Source: Phoronis australis (lineage: Eukaryota; Animalia; Phoronida). Taken from it: a stretch of 64,000 nt of DNA. Below, in pieces: positions 11,869 to 26,500 of this stretch. The stretch covers positions 48,596 through 112,595 of the forward strand of contig NMRA01000716.1 in NCBI GenBank assembly GCA_002633005.1, in the 5' to 3' direction. The position numbers were made by a program, and so were the translations under genes. Numbering within the stretch: the stretch's first letter is position 1; the number at the start of each line of letters is the position of its first letter. The notes under the pieces are model-generated. The model searched no databases. It was not told the origin of the DNA and saw only the letters and a list, made by a program, of their open reading frames with translations.

Positions 11869-12052
11869 GGCATTGTTAGGATGTTCAAAAGTCAGGAGAG
11901 TGTCGTCTACATAACGTTTATAGTATACTGGCAGATCACAAGGGCAATTGTTAAGAGCCTACTCTTCTAAGCGTATCATTCAGATGTTCGCCAATACTGG
12001 ACGGAGTGGCCTGCCCATTGCTACACCATCGCATTGATCATAGTAATCTATG
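11868..12052 (-). mobile_element. Penelope-like element reverse transcriptase fragment (degraded)
   Basis: Minus-strand translation DYYDQCDGVAMGRPLRPVLANI*MIRLEE*ALNNCPCDLPVYYKRYVDDTLLTF matches PLE RT motifs QxDGVAMGSPLxPxLANIFM and YxRYVDD. Confidence 0.82.
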
Positions 12053-13036
12053 CCTAGACATTCATGTTCATATCACGTAGACGACAACATAAACCCCGTT
12101 TTTGACGTATTTAGCTTAGGTTGCTCCCTCTAGTGACCGTTTTGTTGCTCTCAATCCTCCAATCTGCGTGAAGAATCATGATGAAAAGTGATGGATGTGT
12201 TCATATTGAGGAGAGCGTTGCTGGCTTTGCATCACCTAGAGGGTAACTAAAGTTTACTAGCACCGTTCCTTTCAGGGCACGTTTAAAATAGCGATCATCC
12301 CTTGTATATGCGCTGTATGCGAGGCACACTGTGGGCGCTAATCAAATATCCGGCCTTGCGTACATTTTCATTTTCCATACTTTAACATATTGCTGAAGAG
12401 TTTGTCTCAAGCCGTAAAATTGTCAACAGGTAGTCAGAGCCAACTAACACCTTGATGTAACTGTCCCGCTCACATACATGTAGGGAAATGAAATGCATCT
12501 TGGAAATTTCAAACTAAAACAATCCATCCGTCCTAATCTTTGGAAGCTTGAAACTATCTCAGCTGTTTTGAGAAATCAGTTTCATAGAACATGTACCCAA
12601 CCCTCAGGAATCATTTAAAATGTCGTTGTTTAACGAGCGAGTTTTTCGATGTGGATCATCACCCAGTGTGTTTGGCTCTTACTCAAAGCAAAATTGACGT
12701 GTTTTCGCGACAATTGTCGCAAGCACCACTGATGGGTTCTGAACTGAAGCACACACAATGCTACATGTACACCTGAATTTCTGATTACGAAGTTGTTCTG
12801 CGCTGGAATGTGCTTCGTACCCTGATTAGCTGAGATTCTGGTTTACGGTCAAGTGGTGCCAACAACGCGGAAGTGAATTAGTGTGAAGTACTCCGAAAAG
12901 ATGTAACCTGTGCCACATTTATCGTGATATTTGTTAAAATGAGGTGTTTCCACCACGTTTCGTCATTGCATCGTATTTCAGCATTGTCTTTGTCACGTGT
13001 TTGATTCCAGACTGGCTACAAGGAAGCCAGTCACGC

Positions 13037-13219
13037 TATATAAATCGCAAATTGAGGAAAAATATTTATGTCCATGAAGCTCTAGAACGAAAACATTCAG
13101 GAAGATAATTTGTACGTTGTATCATCTAAATGATAATTTGAAAGGAGCAGTTTAGCTTGACAACAAAAAAAACCTTAATGTACCATCAGTTGGGAGTTGT
13201 TTAGGCATAAGAAATCGAG
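13037..13219 (+). promoter_or_regulatory. Putative TATA box and non-coding first exon of CLCA copy B
   Basis: TATATAAA at 13037; strong donor GAG|GTAAGT at 13219/13220; acceptor at 13920 lies 7 nt before the ATG at 13928. Confidence 0.45.
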
Positions 13220-13336
13220 GTAAGTTTGCATGTGCATGTCGAAAAGGCCGAGGCAGCAAAATATCGAAAACCACAAATGCTCACATACGAATGATGAAGA
13301 TGATTTCGAAAATGTCATGTTGATTTTAAGATTTGT

Positions 13337-13410
13337 GGAGACCATGTGGCTCAGTGGTTTGTGCCCCGGGCTCCCGTTTGGGAGACCTGCGTTCGAATCC
13401 TAGGTGTACT
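13337..13410 (+). mobile_element. tRNA-derived SINE head (degenerate)
   Basis: Pol III box A TGGCTCAGTGG (13347) and box B GTTCGAATCC (13391) at tRNA spacing; no intact cloverleaf. Confidence 0.5.
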
Positions 13411-13927
13411 GGCTGACAATTGAGCATTGCACTAAAGTACATCCTACTCCTATGAGCTATGTTTTTTAAAACAGTGAAAGTATGCAAGGTAATACACGAG
13501 AACTAGTTACAATGCAAAAGCGATTTCTGGGGCTGTGCTAAGAAATAAGATCAGTAATATCATTTTACCTGTGCAAGTCATTTTTTGCTTCACATGACTT
13601 AGAGAAGCTGGAATTGACAGTAGCCATTGTTGTCTTCAACCGTACTCAGGTAGAAAAATTTTGACACTACATAACACAAACGTACAGGTTATACGCATAA
13701 GTATATGTAAGTTCCATGGTTATTCATGTACTTTGTAATAACATTTTCTTATTATTGATGGTATATGAAATCCAAGCGCCAACAGCTTGTTTAAAGTGTG
13801 ATTTGATTTCTTTGTTTAAATTTGGTTGTCCGGTTAGTGGGGATCCTCAATTTAGTTTGTTTGAAACGTTTGGTCGAATATGACTTGCCTAAAGCTGTTT
13901 CACTTATTTAATTTTGAAAGATTTGAA

Positions 13928-16900
13928 ATGAACATACGCCTCGTATCGGCGATAACAACCATCATCTATCTGTGTGCTGTGCCCTCAAACGCTATGGAGC
14001 GAAACAAGTTCCAACTGGTAAACAATCAATACGGAAACCTACTCGTCGCAATTGGAGACGACGTTCCTGATAACCACCGCTTGGTAGAGAGAATCAAGGT
14101 GAGTCGCAGTTAAATCAGAACGGGGGCGCGTTCCGTTGAGCTAAACAGTCCCAATGCTTGCGGAGAGAAATACCGTGCCATGAAAACCCCCATCTGGAAA
14201 TCGACTGCCTGTTGGGTTTCCTGATTTTTCTGTGTTTACATGTATTTGAAAATCATATAACAATGTCCTACATATAATTAACAAATATTGGTGCATGTAA
14301 GTTGCTTGTTATACAATTGTCCAAATCTCGTGTAACAAGGACGAATTACCGCTCCTGGGATGGATGACCTAACAGTTGTCTGCAAACCGTTATTGCTCAG
14401 ATATCGGGTCCTGAATAGATTTAATGGTAAGAGCACTCGACTGGCAATCGCTGTAGTAACCAGTGGTTTAATTCCCAGTTGTGGGTCCTGATTCTTCTGT
14501 GTTCATTTGATAGATTCCTTCATGAATCTTTATGAATGCGCCTCGGTATCCGTTCGAGAACTGGAAGAAACTTGGCCGAAATATCTCTGTTTCCTGGAAT
14601 ATCACCAACAAAATTCCGGCTAACAGCCATGTCTAATAAACGAGCGTGACCATTCCTTGCTGCTACCAAGATTGGTTATCAGTAAAAAACGATAAGATAC
14701 GTCATGTAAATTTGCATAATGAAACTCTCAGAATTCGTTTCTGGATGCGCCAAAACCTCTTGGTAACAATTCTTCATTTTATAGAGCCTTCAATTATTGT
14801 ATCAATTTGGCGTGGTTCTTTTCGTTTTGGCGTTTTGGAGGATTGTTCATGGCTAGAACATCAGTGTCCCGCCTTTCTTAGGCTAATAAAGGCGTGTCAA
14901 TATTTGACGCATTTGTGTCTCTAAAAGTCTCGCAAGAAATTATTCTTCTCGCACGCAGAAACAGACACGTACACATGACGGCGCTCCTATTTTACTAGGT
15001 AATAACAGATTGCTAGGTTTGAGGAACGCATCCTCGATTTTCCATAGATTTAGACTGTAACAGTGCCTTGTCAAGTAGTCAGGTAACCAAAAAAAAAGAG
15101 TGCAAGCGACTCAGCTTTGCTAGCCTATAATCTAAGTAAGCTCCTAACAGCACGTTATAAACATGATCACGTTTATCAAAAGCTGCCAGTTTCCACCCAT
15201 TTCGTCTCGTTTCGTCATTTGGTGGATATTCTACACACGATTTTCACCACGACGAAAATTTAAGTGCCTTTTCACAACCAAAAATCAGACCCTCTTGATG
15301 AAACGGCATGTGGACGGGTGGAACCGTTGACCGTGACCAAAGACATGCTTTGAATGCTGCACGGTTCACGAGGTCTCACTCAGATTGTATGACGCTGAGT
15401 TTGATCTACTCGGTTTTTTAGTTTTCGAGAATTTAATGATAACTACTTTAATATGACTAATTTCACAATAAAAATAGACTCCGCTACTTAATGTGTACTC
15501 ATTCTGTTTGCAGTTGCGTACATAAATGCATGCAAACATGTTGAGATTGTACGGAGAATTACATCGGTATGACACTGGATGTGATAGCGAAACCACATAA
15601 CGGCACTTGTACTTCCAACTGCAAGTGTAAATGCTTCAATATCCCCGTCTTCGTAAAAACAGAAACAATTCAGACACAATGTACATAAATGATCGTAGAA
15701 TTATGTTTTGGGGCATTTCAGACACATTTCATTATGTCGTATAAGTCGTTAGGGGTTACAGAAATTTTATTGTTTAGTCCAAATTACTATGCAGCGTTAA
15801 AAGAACTGTTCAGGACCAACAGTCTTTTATTATTCTGTTAACCTCAAACATTAAGCTAATGATTATATTTACTGCTATAACCTCTATCACGCATAAAGCC
15901 TACACGGCGTTCACTGTGGAACCGGAAGCTGCTCAAAAGTGCATGTGCCCACCTCAGCTCAGAAAAAAAGCTTAATGATCTTACCCCACGAAATCCATTC
16001 ATCTCATTTGTCTTGATATTATTTGTCTCCTCGAACGAGGATACTTGAATTTTGGGTGACTTTTATTTCAAATTTGATTTTCATTCGCTTGAGTTTTCTT
16101 GCAGACCATTTTCACCAAAGCATCGGAAACGTTATTCACTGCAACCAATGGAAGAGCCTACTTTAAAAATATAACCGTTTTGGTACCTCACGATTGGAAC
16201 AGAAATTTTCGTTGGCCTATTGCCACTACTGAAGAATTCCAACGGTACGTTTTATGTGCTCATTTGTTATTGCCATGAAATTTATTTCGGAGCCGACGTA
16301 CGTTGGACTTCGCGTTGTCAAAGTAGTGGATGTATGTACGCACCCTGTTAATGTTGAGTACATTTGAGTGAAAAACTAGTTCAACCAAGTTCGCTTTCGA
16401 TGTGCCATACACTGGATCCCATGATGCGAAGTGCTTTTTCTTTCCTCGAAGTTGTTTCTTATTACGATCTTTTCGTTAGTCACTACTTTCCATTAAGTCT
16501 ACATTTGTATTTTTAAAACGTGTTTTCTGATTTCCTGCAAATTTCAAAGGTTTGACGGAGCACTATCATGTTTCAAAAATTAACAACACCTAGTGTAGTG
16601 ATGGATAATAACTACTGGTAGAGCAATCAGTCAAATCCTAGAAATAAAATTTCAATGGATCTGTTTCTAGACTCCAGCCCGAAGTATTATTACTCCTCCA
16701 TACATGTATGTATCAGATTGTCTTCATTGAGAAAAATGTTTATAGCCAATACAAATATGAGTTCGCTTCATGCCGGTACTCGTGTCTAAATTGTAGAGCG
16801 AATGTGATCATTGCCAGTCCCAACCCTTCTTCTGGTAACAAGCCTTATGTAAACCAGATAAGAGGCTGCGGTGAACCTGGAGAATACATGCATCTAACTC

Positions 16901-19900
16901 CAAATTACGTCTCAAACGACACAGTTGCCAAGAACTACGGGTATCCTGCGGAACCATATGGTAAATTCATAATCTTATTGTTTTATGAAATCCAATCACT
17001 TGACACTGGAAACTTCAAGCATTTGAAAAATACTAGGTCAATAGCTTTTGTATGTGAAAACAAACACCTACAGAACTTTGGCGATTAGTGTTCGAAGCGG
17101 AGTGCTTGCCGTTTAATATACAGATGTACGCACGATCACATATGTCTACGTTTGAAAGTTAAGTAACCGGTCCCGTTGCTTTAGCTCCTGTTATTTTTGA
17201 CAAAGTATGCTGGAATATGTACAGTTTACCGTACTAAGTATAATGGACTGTGTGTGTGTGTGTGTGTGGCCGAAGACGTGTCAAGAACTGACCAAATTTG
17301 TCTGCTTTAAACACACAATCGGATAGAAAGGTGATTATTGCAGATCAGATTAAACCAACGAAAGAACCTCGGTTTATGCAACGGGGCAATAGAACCCTCG
17401 TTTTGCCAAAGAAGTAAATTTTGATTTAGACCACTTACCCATACGAAATTGGTCTAACTTGTTCTTTCCTCTGACGAGAAGTAATTTCGGTGTTGCAAAA
17501 ACCTGACACTTCATTATTGCTCGAGTGCATGCTTGGTGAATGACACTGTGAAACTGCGAATTGTCACTTATTTCTAAGCACAGACGTCGTACTTATTTTG
17601 ACAAGGGAACAATTTCAGACCAATTCACCAACGGCGAGTGGTCTCAATCTAAAGTTATTTTTGTGACGGAAGATGAGTTCAAGATCGCTTGAATTCGAAA
17701 TCTTACAGCAGTGCGAACAATGCCAGTTCCATGAAACCTTTACGATCTGGCCATTAATCAGGCTAACTTAATATCAATGTATAGTAGGCAGCTTCATGCA
17801 ATGCCTGATGACCAAAAGCAAAACAGAAATGGATGTAACTTTTGACCGTGATTGATCGTTTTGTCCAAAAATGATATGGATGTATCAAATCCTCGATATA
17901 TCTTATTGTATCTCCGATTTAAGTTCTGTACACAGCAAGAAATTAGGTTGCTCTAGCGGCAAAAAATAGCAAAACACTGAATTCTACCTCATAATTCAAT
18001 ACTTCAATCACTTGTTTCTGCGTCACCGGTTTACTAGGGCAGTCTGGTAAAGTACTGAGCATACTCGCGAAACACTCGCTTTTCATTCACTTAATTTTAC
18101 GAGTTAGTTTCGAGATCCTGCATTTCTCCAGAGATTCCAGTGAATGCTTTCGAAGCTTTTTTTTTTTTGCTGCTTTCAATTACTCTTTGTACCGAAGTAT
18201 CAGTGAAACTTTTCAGTTCTGTATTAAATATCCCTTACAAGGTAAAACGATCGTGCACGAGTTTGCCCATCTCAGATGGGGCGTGTTTGACGAACAGCCG
18301 GTGGAAACGGAAGGTTATCCTCACTTTTACCATGACTCGGATGGAAAGCTGGAAGCTGTCAAGTGCTCGAAGGAGGTATGTTCCGTGTGTTAGACTCCAG
18401 TTTTGCCAACTTAGTTAAAGGCGTTCGGCTAGCACATTTACTGTATGTATGCATATTATGATGAACATTTTGAATCATCCAGTTGAGTAAATAATATGAA
18501 AAATAAATCAATTACTGGACTTACGGATTCAGTTAACTACGTTGGGCCCTCATCTCGGTGGCATCGAGATGAACATCTGCCTGTATTGTTTTGAGTGGTT
18601 AATCATATACACATAGAGGACAGACTGTTGCCTACCATTGCTAAGTGTGGTCAATCTTATAGGTATGAATACAGGTACAGTTTGTATTCTAATGAGCGGT
18701 CTATCATATGAATCTCTATGTTTATTGATTGAATATGTACAAAATCAACCATTACTGAAGATCATCTGGCTGCAATTCCGCAATTCTGGAAAACGGCCAT
18801 GCACTGAGTGGGTAGACTTCTACAGCTACAAGTCCACCTACATGTAGCTGGTAGACGTAAAGTAAAGCCATATAAGCGTATTGCAATAATTTCAAAAGTT
18901 CCTTAAATATATCCACATGATCAAGAAACGCCGGAGTTATAATAAAACACCAAAATTCAACACACATGACAAATAATAACCAATACATAATTTAATGCTA
19001 GGCCAATGGGAAAAGCGTTGCCTTTCTTATAGTCTCACTAAAACTTTCCGCAACAGCGCCGTTGTTAACTGAATTGCATTAGTCATATTATTAGAAAGCT
19101 CTTCATCAGTTCTTGATGGCGTGTGATTTTACCAGATGAATATTTTACCTCACTAAAGTATCATTTTACATAACTGAAAGGTTTAAAAATATTTTTAAGA
19201 GTAAAAATCAAGAGTGTTGAAACCCTTCATATAGTATCTTTAATGGTTCAAAAGGCTGCTATACTATAAAGACAAAGATTTTACAATATTGATCCCTCCC
19301 AGTTGCGGTGAAGAATTTAGTTAGGCATACATCCAAAATTATGTATCCTTATCTATTAATTGGACCTTTTTGGTGGCATTTCATACAATTAAATTCGTCA
19401 GTAAACTATCAGGATGGAGTGGTATTTACAAAACATGATAAACTACTTACTCCAACTATTTATCCGATATTTGCAGGTGAGGGTATTCTAATCGATAAAA
19501 AATGGGCAAAAATCTGTTGTGTATGCAGTGAAAGACGCTGGAATGCTGCATGACAACGACATTTCGATATGATGCAAATATCAGCCCCAGGTATAATAGT
19601 CAGACAGAATAGAACAAAGCATCAAAATGACGCCAAAAAGAGGAAGACAACGGTTACACAAAGAATTCAGTGTTCTGCTTGTTTATGGGCAGTTCGCTAT
19701 TCAGACAAAATGGCGCTCGTTTTCACCATACCAAAATCCACTGCAAAGTAACAACGCAACTTGTTCAATGTGATCGATCTGAAATGTAAAATGTTTTAGA
19801 GCAAATGAGGGAGGTCATCCGAAGTCAAATCAAACATAAACTTATCATCCCCAATTATGTAATAGAGCAGAGTTAGTGAAAAACAGCACCAAAGAGTTAC

Positions 19901-22900
19901 CTGTGTGCTGGTTGTGCCCAACTATGGACTGCTAATAAACTGTTCAATTTTTCAGAGAAACTGAAATGACTGAACGTAATGAACTGCTAACGTCCTATGA
20001 CAAGTATTCGCACTGTTCAACCATGTGTGGCCATAGTTGCACTCTTTCACTACAAAATGTAGCACTGTGTAATTTTGTTTAACATGTCTTCTCATTGGTT
20101 AAAGTAAGAAGCAGTCATAACATTCAGTCATTCCCAATTGTTGAAATTTGGGAACCCCCTTTTATTTTACTGTTACGTGCGGCGACGACCTTTGAATTGA
20201 GTAGTTGCAATTAATTAAAACGAGCAGTGATCGAAGTAAACAAAACCAAGGAAACCACGATCCAATGGCTTAAGCCCAAACAAGTACAATGCATAGAAGG
20301 CGTGTGCAAGTGGTGGCGATGTGATCGGTAAACTTCCGACCAAGCATGCAATATGGAGATTTCTGGTGGCTCCGAGACACATATAACCTAACCTCCAGGG
20401 GATTCTGAACTATTTTTTTAATTTACGAACAATCATTCACAACCATCTCTAAGCTTGGTAACAGCATGTTGCAAAAGTCGAACATCGACGACGGAGATCA
20501 AGACACACTGGAGCGTTTACAGAGATTGATAAATAAATATGTGCATGACTCAACCTGATAACATTTACATAACTTCTTGAATAACATACATATATCCAGT
20601 GTGTACTAAGGTGGATGAACGGGGGGAGGATTCCGACCACACTAAATTTCTTCAGTATGGTGCTTTGACAGCTTGCGCACACAATTTCCCCTCGACTAAT
20701 TGTGGTTGCCCTCCCCCCCCCNNNNNNNNNNNNNNNNNNNNNNNNNNNNNNNNNNNNNNNNNNNNNNNNNNNNNNNNNNNNNNNNNNNNNNNNNNNNNNN
20801 NNNNNNNNNNNNNNNNNNNNNNNNNNNNNNNNNNNNNNNNNNNNNNNNNNNNNNNNNNNNNNNNNNNNNNNNNNNNNNNNNNNNNNNNNNNNNNNNNNNN
20901 NNNNNNNNNNNTATTTCCACATCGCCTCGCATACGGTCGACCTTACCTTGCCATGAGGTGTCGCGTTAACCTGTGAGGAAGGTGAGAAACGACGCTAGCG
21001 ACGTCAACGGCTCATAAGCAGAGTGAATGCCGCTATGTTGCGGTATATCGTTCCCGCTTGTCCGAACTAAGCAGCCGCGAGGAAAGCGAGTATATCGTGT
21101 TTTTTTACTTCCTCGAGAGTACGAAATGCTTAGGAAGTGGCTCATGGTAGTGAAAAATGAAATGTACGCTGTAAATAGCAAGTATGAGGCCGTAAAACAT
21201 CTCCGTGTCTGTGGCCTGCAGACGACTTCGACAGTGCCTCACGAATGCCGGCTTACCAAATAACTCCATACGTTCCGTTTTCTGAGCTTGTTCACGGCGC
21301 CTCTCTAGTATTTCTTCATAACTGTATTCCTGTTCGAATTGATAGCCTGTAAAACTTAACGATCCACCTGCGAAGTTGGGATTGATGAGCCCGGCGCTCT
21401 AGCTTGTCCTAAGTCGGGATTGCCCGACTCCGTTGGCGTTTATTACTGAGCGTTCTGTTTCAAAATGAATTATTCTCACCCTAACCAATACTTATATAAA
21501 ACTGAAACAAAGTCTGTCTCATTAGATGTAATTTATAATGCCTTTGGAGTGTTCGTAAGTGCACGAAATGATTTGAGAAGCCAGCAATGAATAAATCACT
21601 GCGTTACCAGCTTTAGGTGCAATAAAACTCAGGCTAGTGACGGGACACCGCGAGGCCGTGTGACTAGCTCATACTAATTTAGTGTTTGCTGGCAGAAACT
21701 GTTGTGAAACAACTCGATTTCCACCCCACGACCAGATGTTAGGGGAATCTTTATTTACATTTACATTACTCAAATAATGATTGTCAATGTACAACCTCTG
21801 CCCTGACGGTGCTGTGGCCAAAGCGGAACTGAATTCGCGGCCCCCGCCCGACGATCGTAAGTAGATTTGCAGTTTCGTGGCTAATTGACCAGTATAATCA
21901 CGTGCACATTACTTCGGCTCACTAGTATAGTATTTTGTTGACTAGAAGTTTAGTTTCCACTGAACTTTGGGTGGTTTGTTCGTGATGTCTGATCAGTTTC
22001 CGAGACACTGGCCGGGATAACGAGTCAACCTGAATCCGGCCGGGGCCTGATCGAGTCGGGCTCCGAGCCACTGGCCAGGATAACAAGCGTTTTGTGTTTA
22101 GAACTCAGAAAATCACAAGTCTAAACAACGCAGATCTAGGTTCTAATGTCTGTATCTCACGGAAAATACTTCGAAATTTTCTCCGAACACACCGCAAACT
22201 CCTGCAACGGACCTTATTGGCCTGCCGATTTTCAAGTTTGTAGGCTACTGTGTGTCCAAATACCAATAAATCCGTAAAAGCGAAATGAAACAACACATTT
22301 TTGTAAGAACTCGGTGTATTTTTAAGGGTTTTACATCGAAGTTTGATGATTTATTGGTGCTAAACGATGATTCCAAGCGATAAGCTGACACCAGTAACCC
22401 GTGTTGTGAACTGCTGAACAGAATGCGTGTGAAACCGATGACGTAATTGGATAATTTCAACACCTCCGTCTGCCGTCAGGTGTCAGGTAACGCAAGCTCA
22501 CGTGTCGTTATGGAGTAGAACTACTCGATCTAAATTGATACAAATGAGGTTGTTTTTTGGGTGGCATGCTCCTTTAATCTTAATCGTTGAAGACAGACTG
22601 GGTAACATTGTATTGCAGGTGATTGGGAGCACCTTCGACCGAGTTACGTCATCTGATGACTGCCAACTAGATGAGTCAGGTCTTCCCAACACCAATTGTA
22701 TATTTCAACCAGACGTGACTTCAAGACAGGAAGCAACTTCATCGTTAATGGATTATTACCAACTGAAGTCGGTAAAGATATTTGCACATTAAACATGGAA
22801 TGAAGTTGTGAAAAGGTTCAATAGCATAAAACATTATTGCATTCCTGGATTCTGAGTGAGCTAAGTACAGACGCAAAATAAAAGCAGACATATATCAAAA

Positions 22901-23435
22901 GTGTTGCTGAGTTAATACTGTGCACAGAACGTATAGAGAGTGTCGTAGGTGAAATAATATCCCACGAGACATAATGTCGAGTGGGGTATTGCTTCATGTA
23001 CGCCACTCACGGTAGGTTTTGTATTTAACCCATACGCATCGAATTCATGAGTTTCTTTTGTTTTTTTTTTTGGGGGGGGGGCATTTTTAATACCTCACAA
23101 AGACTGTTTAACAGGCGGATCACAAAACGTTTAGTGTATGTACTCGCGCGTTATGCTACAAGTTTCCTCTAGTAAAGGAAAGCAGTGTTAAATGTTACGA
23201 TTTTAATTAGAAGGGATAAAAGTATAAAATCAGCGGTAATTGTGAATTGAACTTTCGGAAAAAATCAACAACAAGAATATTTAATAGTGTAAAGTTATTC
23301 GCAGATGCAATCATCGAGTAGTTGCACTCATTCATAAAACCATACAACTCTAATCCTGCAATGGTAACTCCGATCTCGCGGCCGCTGAGGTTGCGGAACG
23401 CGTGCGTGAGAGTTGTAATTGCATTTGTTTGTTCC

Positions 23436-23509
<74 letters not shown>

Positions 23510-26500
23510 TGTGTGTGTGTACTTGCTGTGGAATTTACTGTCGTTAAAACTTTTCGCAACTCCACCGTTTTCAAGAGCCAAATCTATTCATTAGAAACCC
23601 CTTTGTCAGTTTTTGATGATTATACCATAAGCAAAAGATAAATAATTTAATGCATAAGTAATTATCATTTTGTGTGACTAGTTCCAAAATATTTTTAATA
23701 TCTAAAATAAGAGCTTTTAGTCGTAACATAAAAAATGAACCAGAGAGGTTATATAAATGACTGGTCAAGCCATCAAGGAAATCGTTTTAATACTTTAAAA
23801 GATTTCTACTCTATTAAAACTAAACTTTTAGAGTATGGATCCCTCACACTTGCTGTGGATAAACACTTGCTGCAGATAACTTAGAGAGTCATCCATCCAA
23901 AATTATACATCCTTATATATTATAATTAATTGGGCCTTTGGTGCCGTTTAATGTAATTACATTCTTCAGTAAAACTTCGGAATGCAGCGACATTTACGAA
24001 AAATGCTATAAAATGTTCCAAGTATATATCTGAAATTTGCAGATAAAGGTTTCCCGGTAGATAAAAAATGGAAGACATCTATCACGTGGCTTTAAAATGT
24101 ACTGTGGGTAGTTCATCACACTGGTTGCTGTGTAGGACTTTCCATAAACGTTTAGAAAGAAACTATTTCCTTCAGAAAGTAAAGGTAGTATATGTTACCA
24201 TAAACCGGACGTATTGAAACACATTTCTACTTTTGTTATGTTACTAAAGAAAGTGGACTCTTGGAATAGCAATCTTCATAAAAATGGACAGTGTTATTTT
24301 GAACACCTGTTGCATAGTTGTCACAGTCAAAATTTATGAGCGAAAAAATGAATCAGCTGGATTGAGAAACAGGACTTCGGGTTAAAGATCGGGATATCTG
24401 GTTCTAAGCCAAAATGTAAGGGTGAAATGCTCGCTGCAAAACTCAAAGACACACCGACAACGTTTTTTGTGGGACGGGACATGTAAAGCCCAGAAATGCC
24501 CGGCATCGTTTTTGTTGTTGTTTTTTCATAGCAAAAACCAATGAAACGTCCTGATTTTTTGTAAGTCGAGCGGTAACATATGTACGTTCTATTTGTGAGA
24601 ATAGAGGGCACTGTTGAAGGTAATCCCAGGAGTGAAATGCGGAAAACAATACACTTGGCGACTTATTCGACTTGATCAGAAACTGCAAAATATTTGTGTG
24701 TATTAAGAAAACATATTTTCAGTCGCAAAATAATCGTCTACAGGTGATAAAATTCTGTGACAAGGAACACAACGCAGAGGCTCCAAACAAGCATAACCGG
24801 AAGTGCAACTCAAAAAGCGTCTGGGAAGTCATGCGGGAGAACGCAGATTTTAGAGGTAGTTGTTTTCTATTATCTCTCGCATGTGTCTTAGCCAAAGGGG
24901 AGTTAACAATTAATTACATATAGGGAAAACAGGAAAATTGGTTTTTTATCATGCAAACTTGATAGTATGGAACGCGGAATATTGATGCAGGCAAAAGCCA
25001 TAAAAATATCTAGAGGAAAATAACCAATGCACAGTTGTCGCCCCACGTTCAGGAGTTTTGGAAGCATTCAGTTAGGCTCCCACATAGGGATATCGGATGG
25101 AACACACTGAACCTACACTCCAATGCATGTATAGTATAGGTATACCGAAGTCAAGTGCTAGAACATAGGCGTAGTCTATCCAAAACAGGTACAGCAGAAG
25201 GATAATGTTACTAAAGGGAACCTTAAACTTAAGTTCATAATGATGTAATGGTGTTTTTGGAGATTAATAAATTTAAGTTTTCCTCAGGGTCACATTGATT
25301 TGACGCAGACCATGTTTGAGCACGCACACGAACAAGGAATTTTCAGTTATGGTCAAATGGTTCGCGTGACAATTGGTGCAGCTGTTTACGTGTAATTATC
25401 AAACGAGATTTTGCCTGCATTTTTCATCGTACCTGTTGATGAATTTTGTAATGCTCCCATTTTTGTTTTAGAAAATAACAATCCACCACTAAGTCCTTCT
25501 GTTAGTGTCGACACTACACCCAATTTCAAAGTTGTCCAGAAGGGCGAAAAATACATAGTACTAGTTATAGACACAAGTGGTAGTATGGACGTAAGTATTG
25601 ACTCCAATTTCTGGGAATGGTGTTATCTCTTTTGATGCTCATATTTTAAAGTACAAGTACGAGTACAAGAACCAGGGCTTCTGTATCTAATTTTTCGTTA
25701 TTTCATATGGACTTTTGATATGCTTTTGGTTTCCCGTTTACAGCAAATGGAACTTCTTTTCAGGTACTGTTAGCATGTTTTTACTTGAAGTTGACAAATA
25801 AAATGATGTTGCAACTGCTGGTGTTACTACCACGATCAGTACCCCAACTTATAGGGACTCCATGCCAATGCCGCTTTTCTTCAGGATAACAAAAGACTTT
25901 TGAAAGCTAGGCAAGCAAGCACGCAGTATCTAAAGACTTATGTGGAAAATGGAGCTCACGTGGCTATTGTGGCATTTGCAAGCGCTGCCAGAATACTGCA
26001 CGGAATGAGAAGCATCCGTGGTAAAAGTGACAGAGAATCACTCATCAACAGCCTTCCAACAGTGGCGACAGGTGGCACGTGCATAGGAGGTGCTTTGAAC
26101 AAAAGTCTCGAGGCAAGACCCTTACCTTATATTATCTGTTTTGGTATCTCCCCCAAGTATGCCCCGGGCGTCCACATGTGTTGCTACGCATCTCAATGTA
26201 CAAGCGCTATTTGGTGTAGTCATGGATATTAGATAAACTAGGAAACAAACACCTGAATGGTCTGTTTTTTTAACAATTGGCAGATTGACCATTGAAGTAA
26301 ATTTTTAAGTTTGCAGCATGTTCCAGTGGCAAGGTTACTAATTATGTCTATTTAAAAACTTTTAAAACTGGCTCGTTACAGATATTAGAAAACAACGGCG
26401 CAGCTTCCGGTGGATATATACTTCTTTTATCTGATGGCGAAGATTATTGTGACAAACAGTCTACTGATCTCAAACAAGCCTTAATTGAAAAGGGGGTCAT

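Noticed and set aside
13337-13410. Functional tRNA gene
   Set aside because: A and B boxes are present but the acceptor and anticodon stems do not pair convincingly; treated as a SINE relic.
15159-15350. Weak inverted repeat (TTCCACCC/GGGTGGAA, CGTTTCGTCA/TGATGAAACG)
   Set aside because: Possibly an old MITE, but the arms are too degenerate to define boundaries.
20449-20976. ORFs spanning the N run
   Set aside because: Artefacts of translating through the assembly gap.
23207-23641. ORFs with HT/CV dipeptide runs
   Set aside because: Translations of the (GT)n microsatellite; the same applies to ORFs over the repeats at 10857, 27350, 31846 and 60266.
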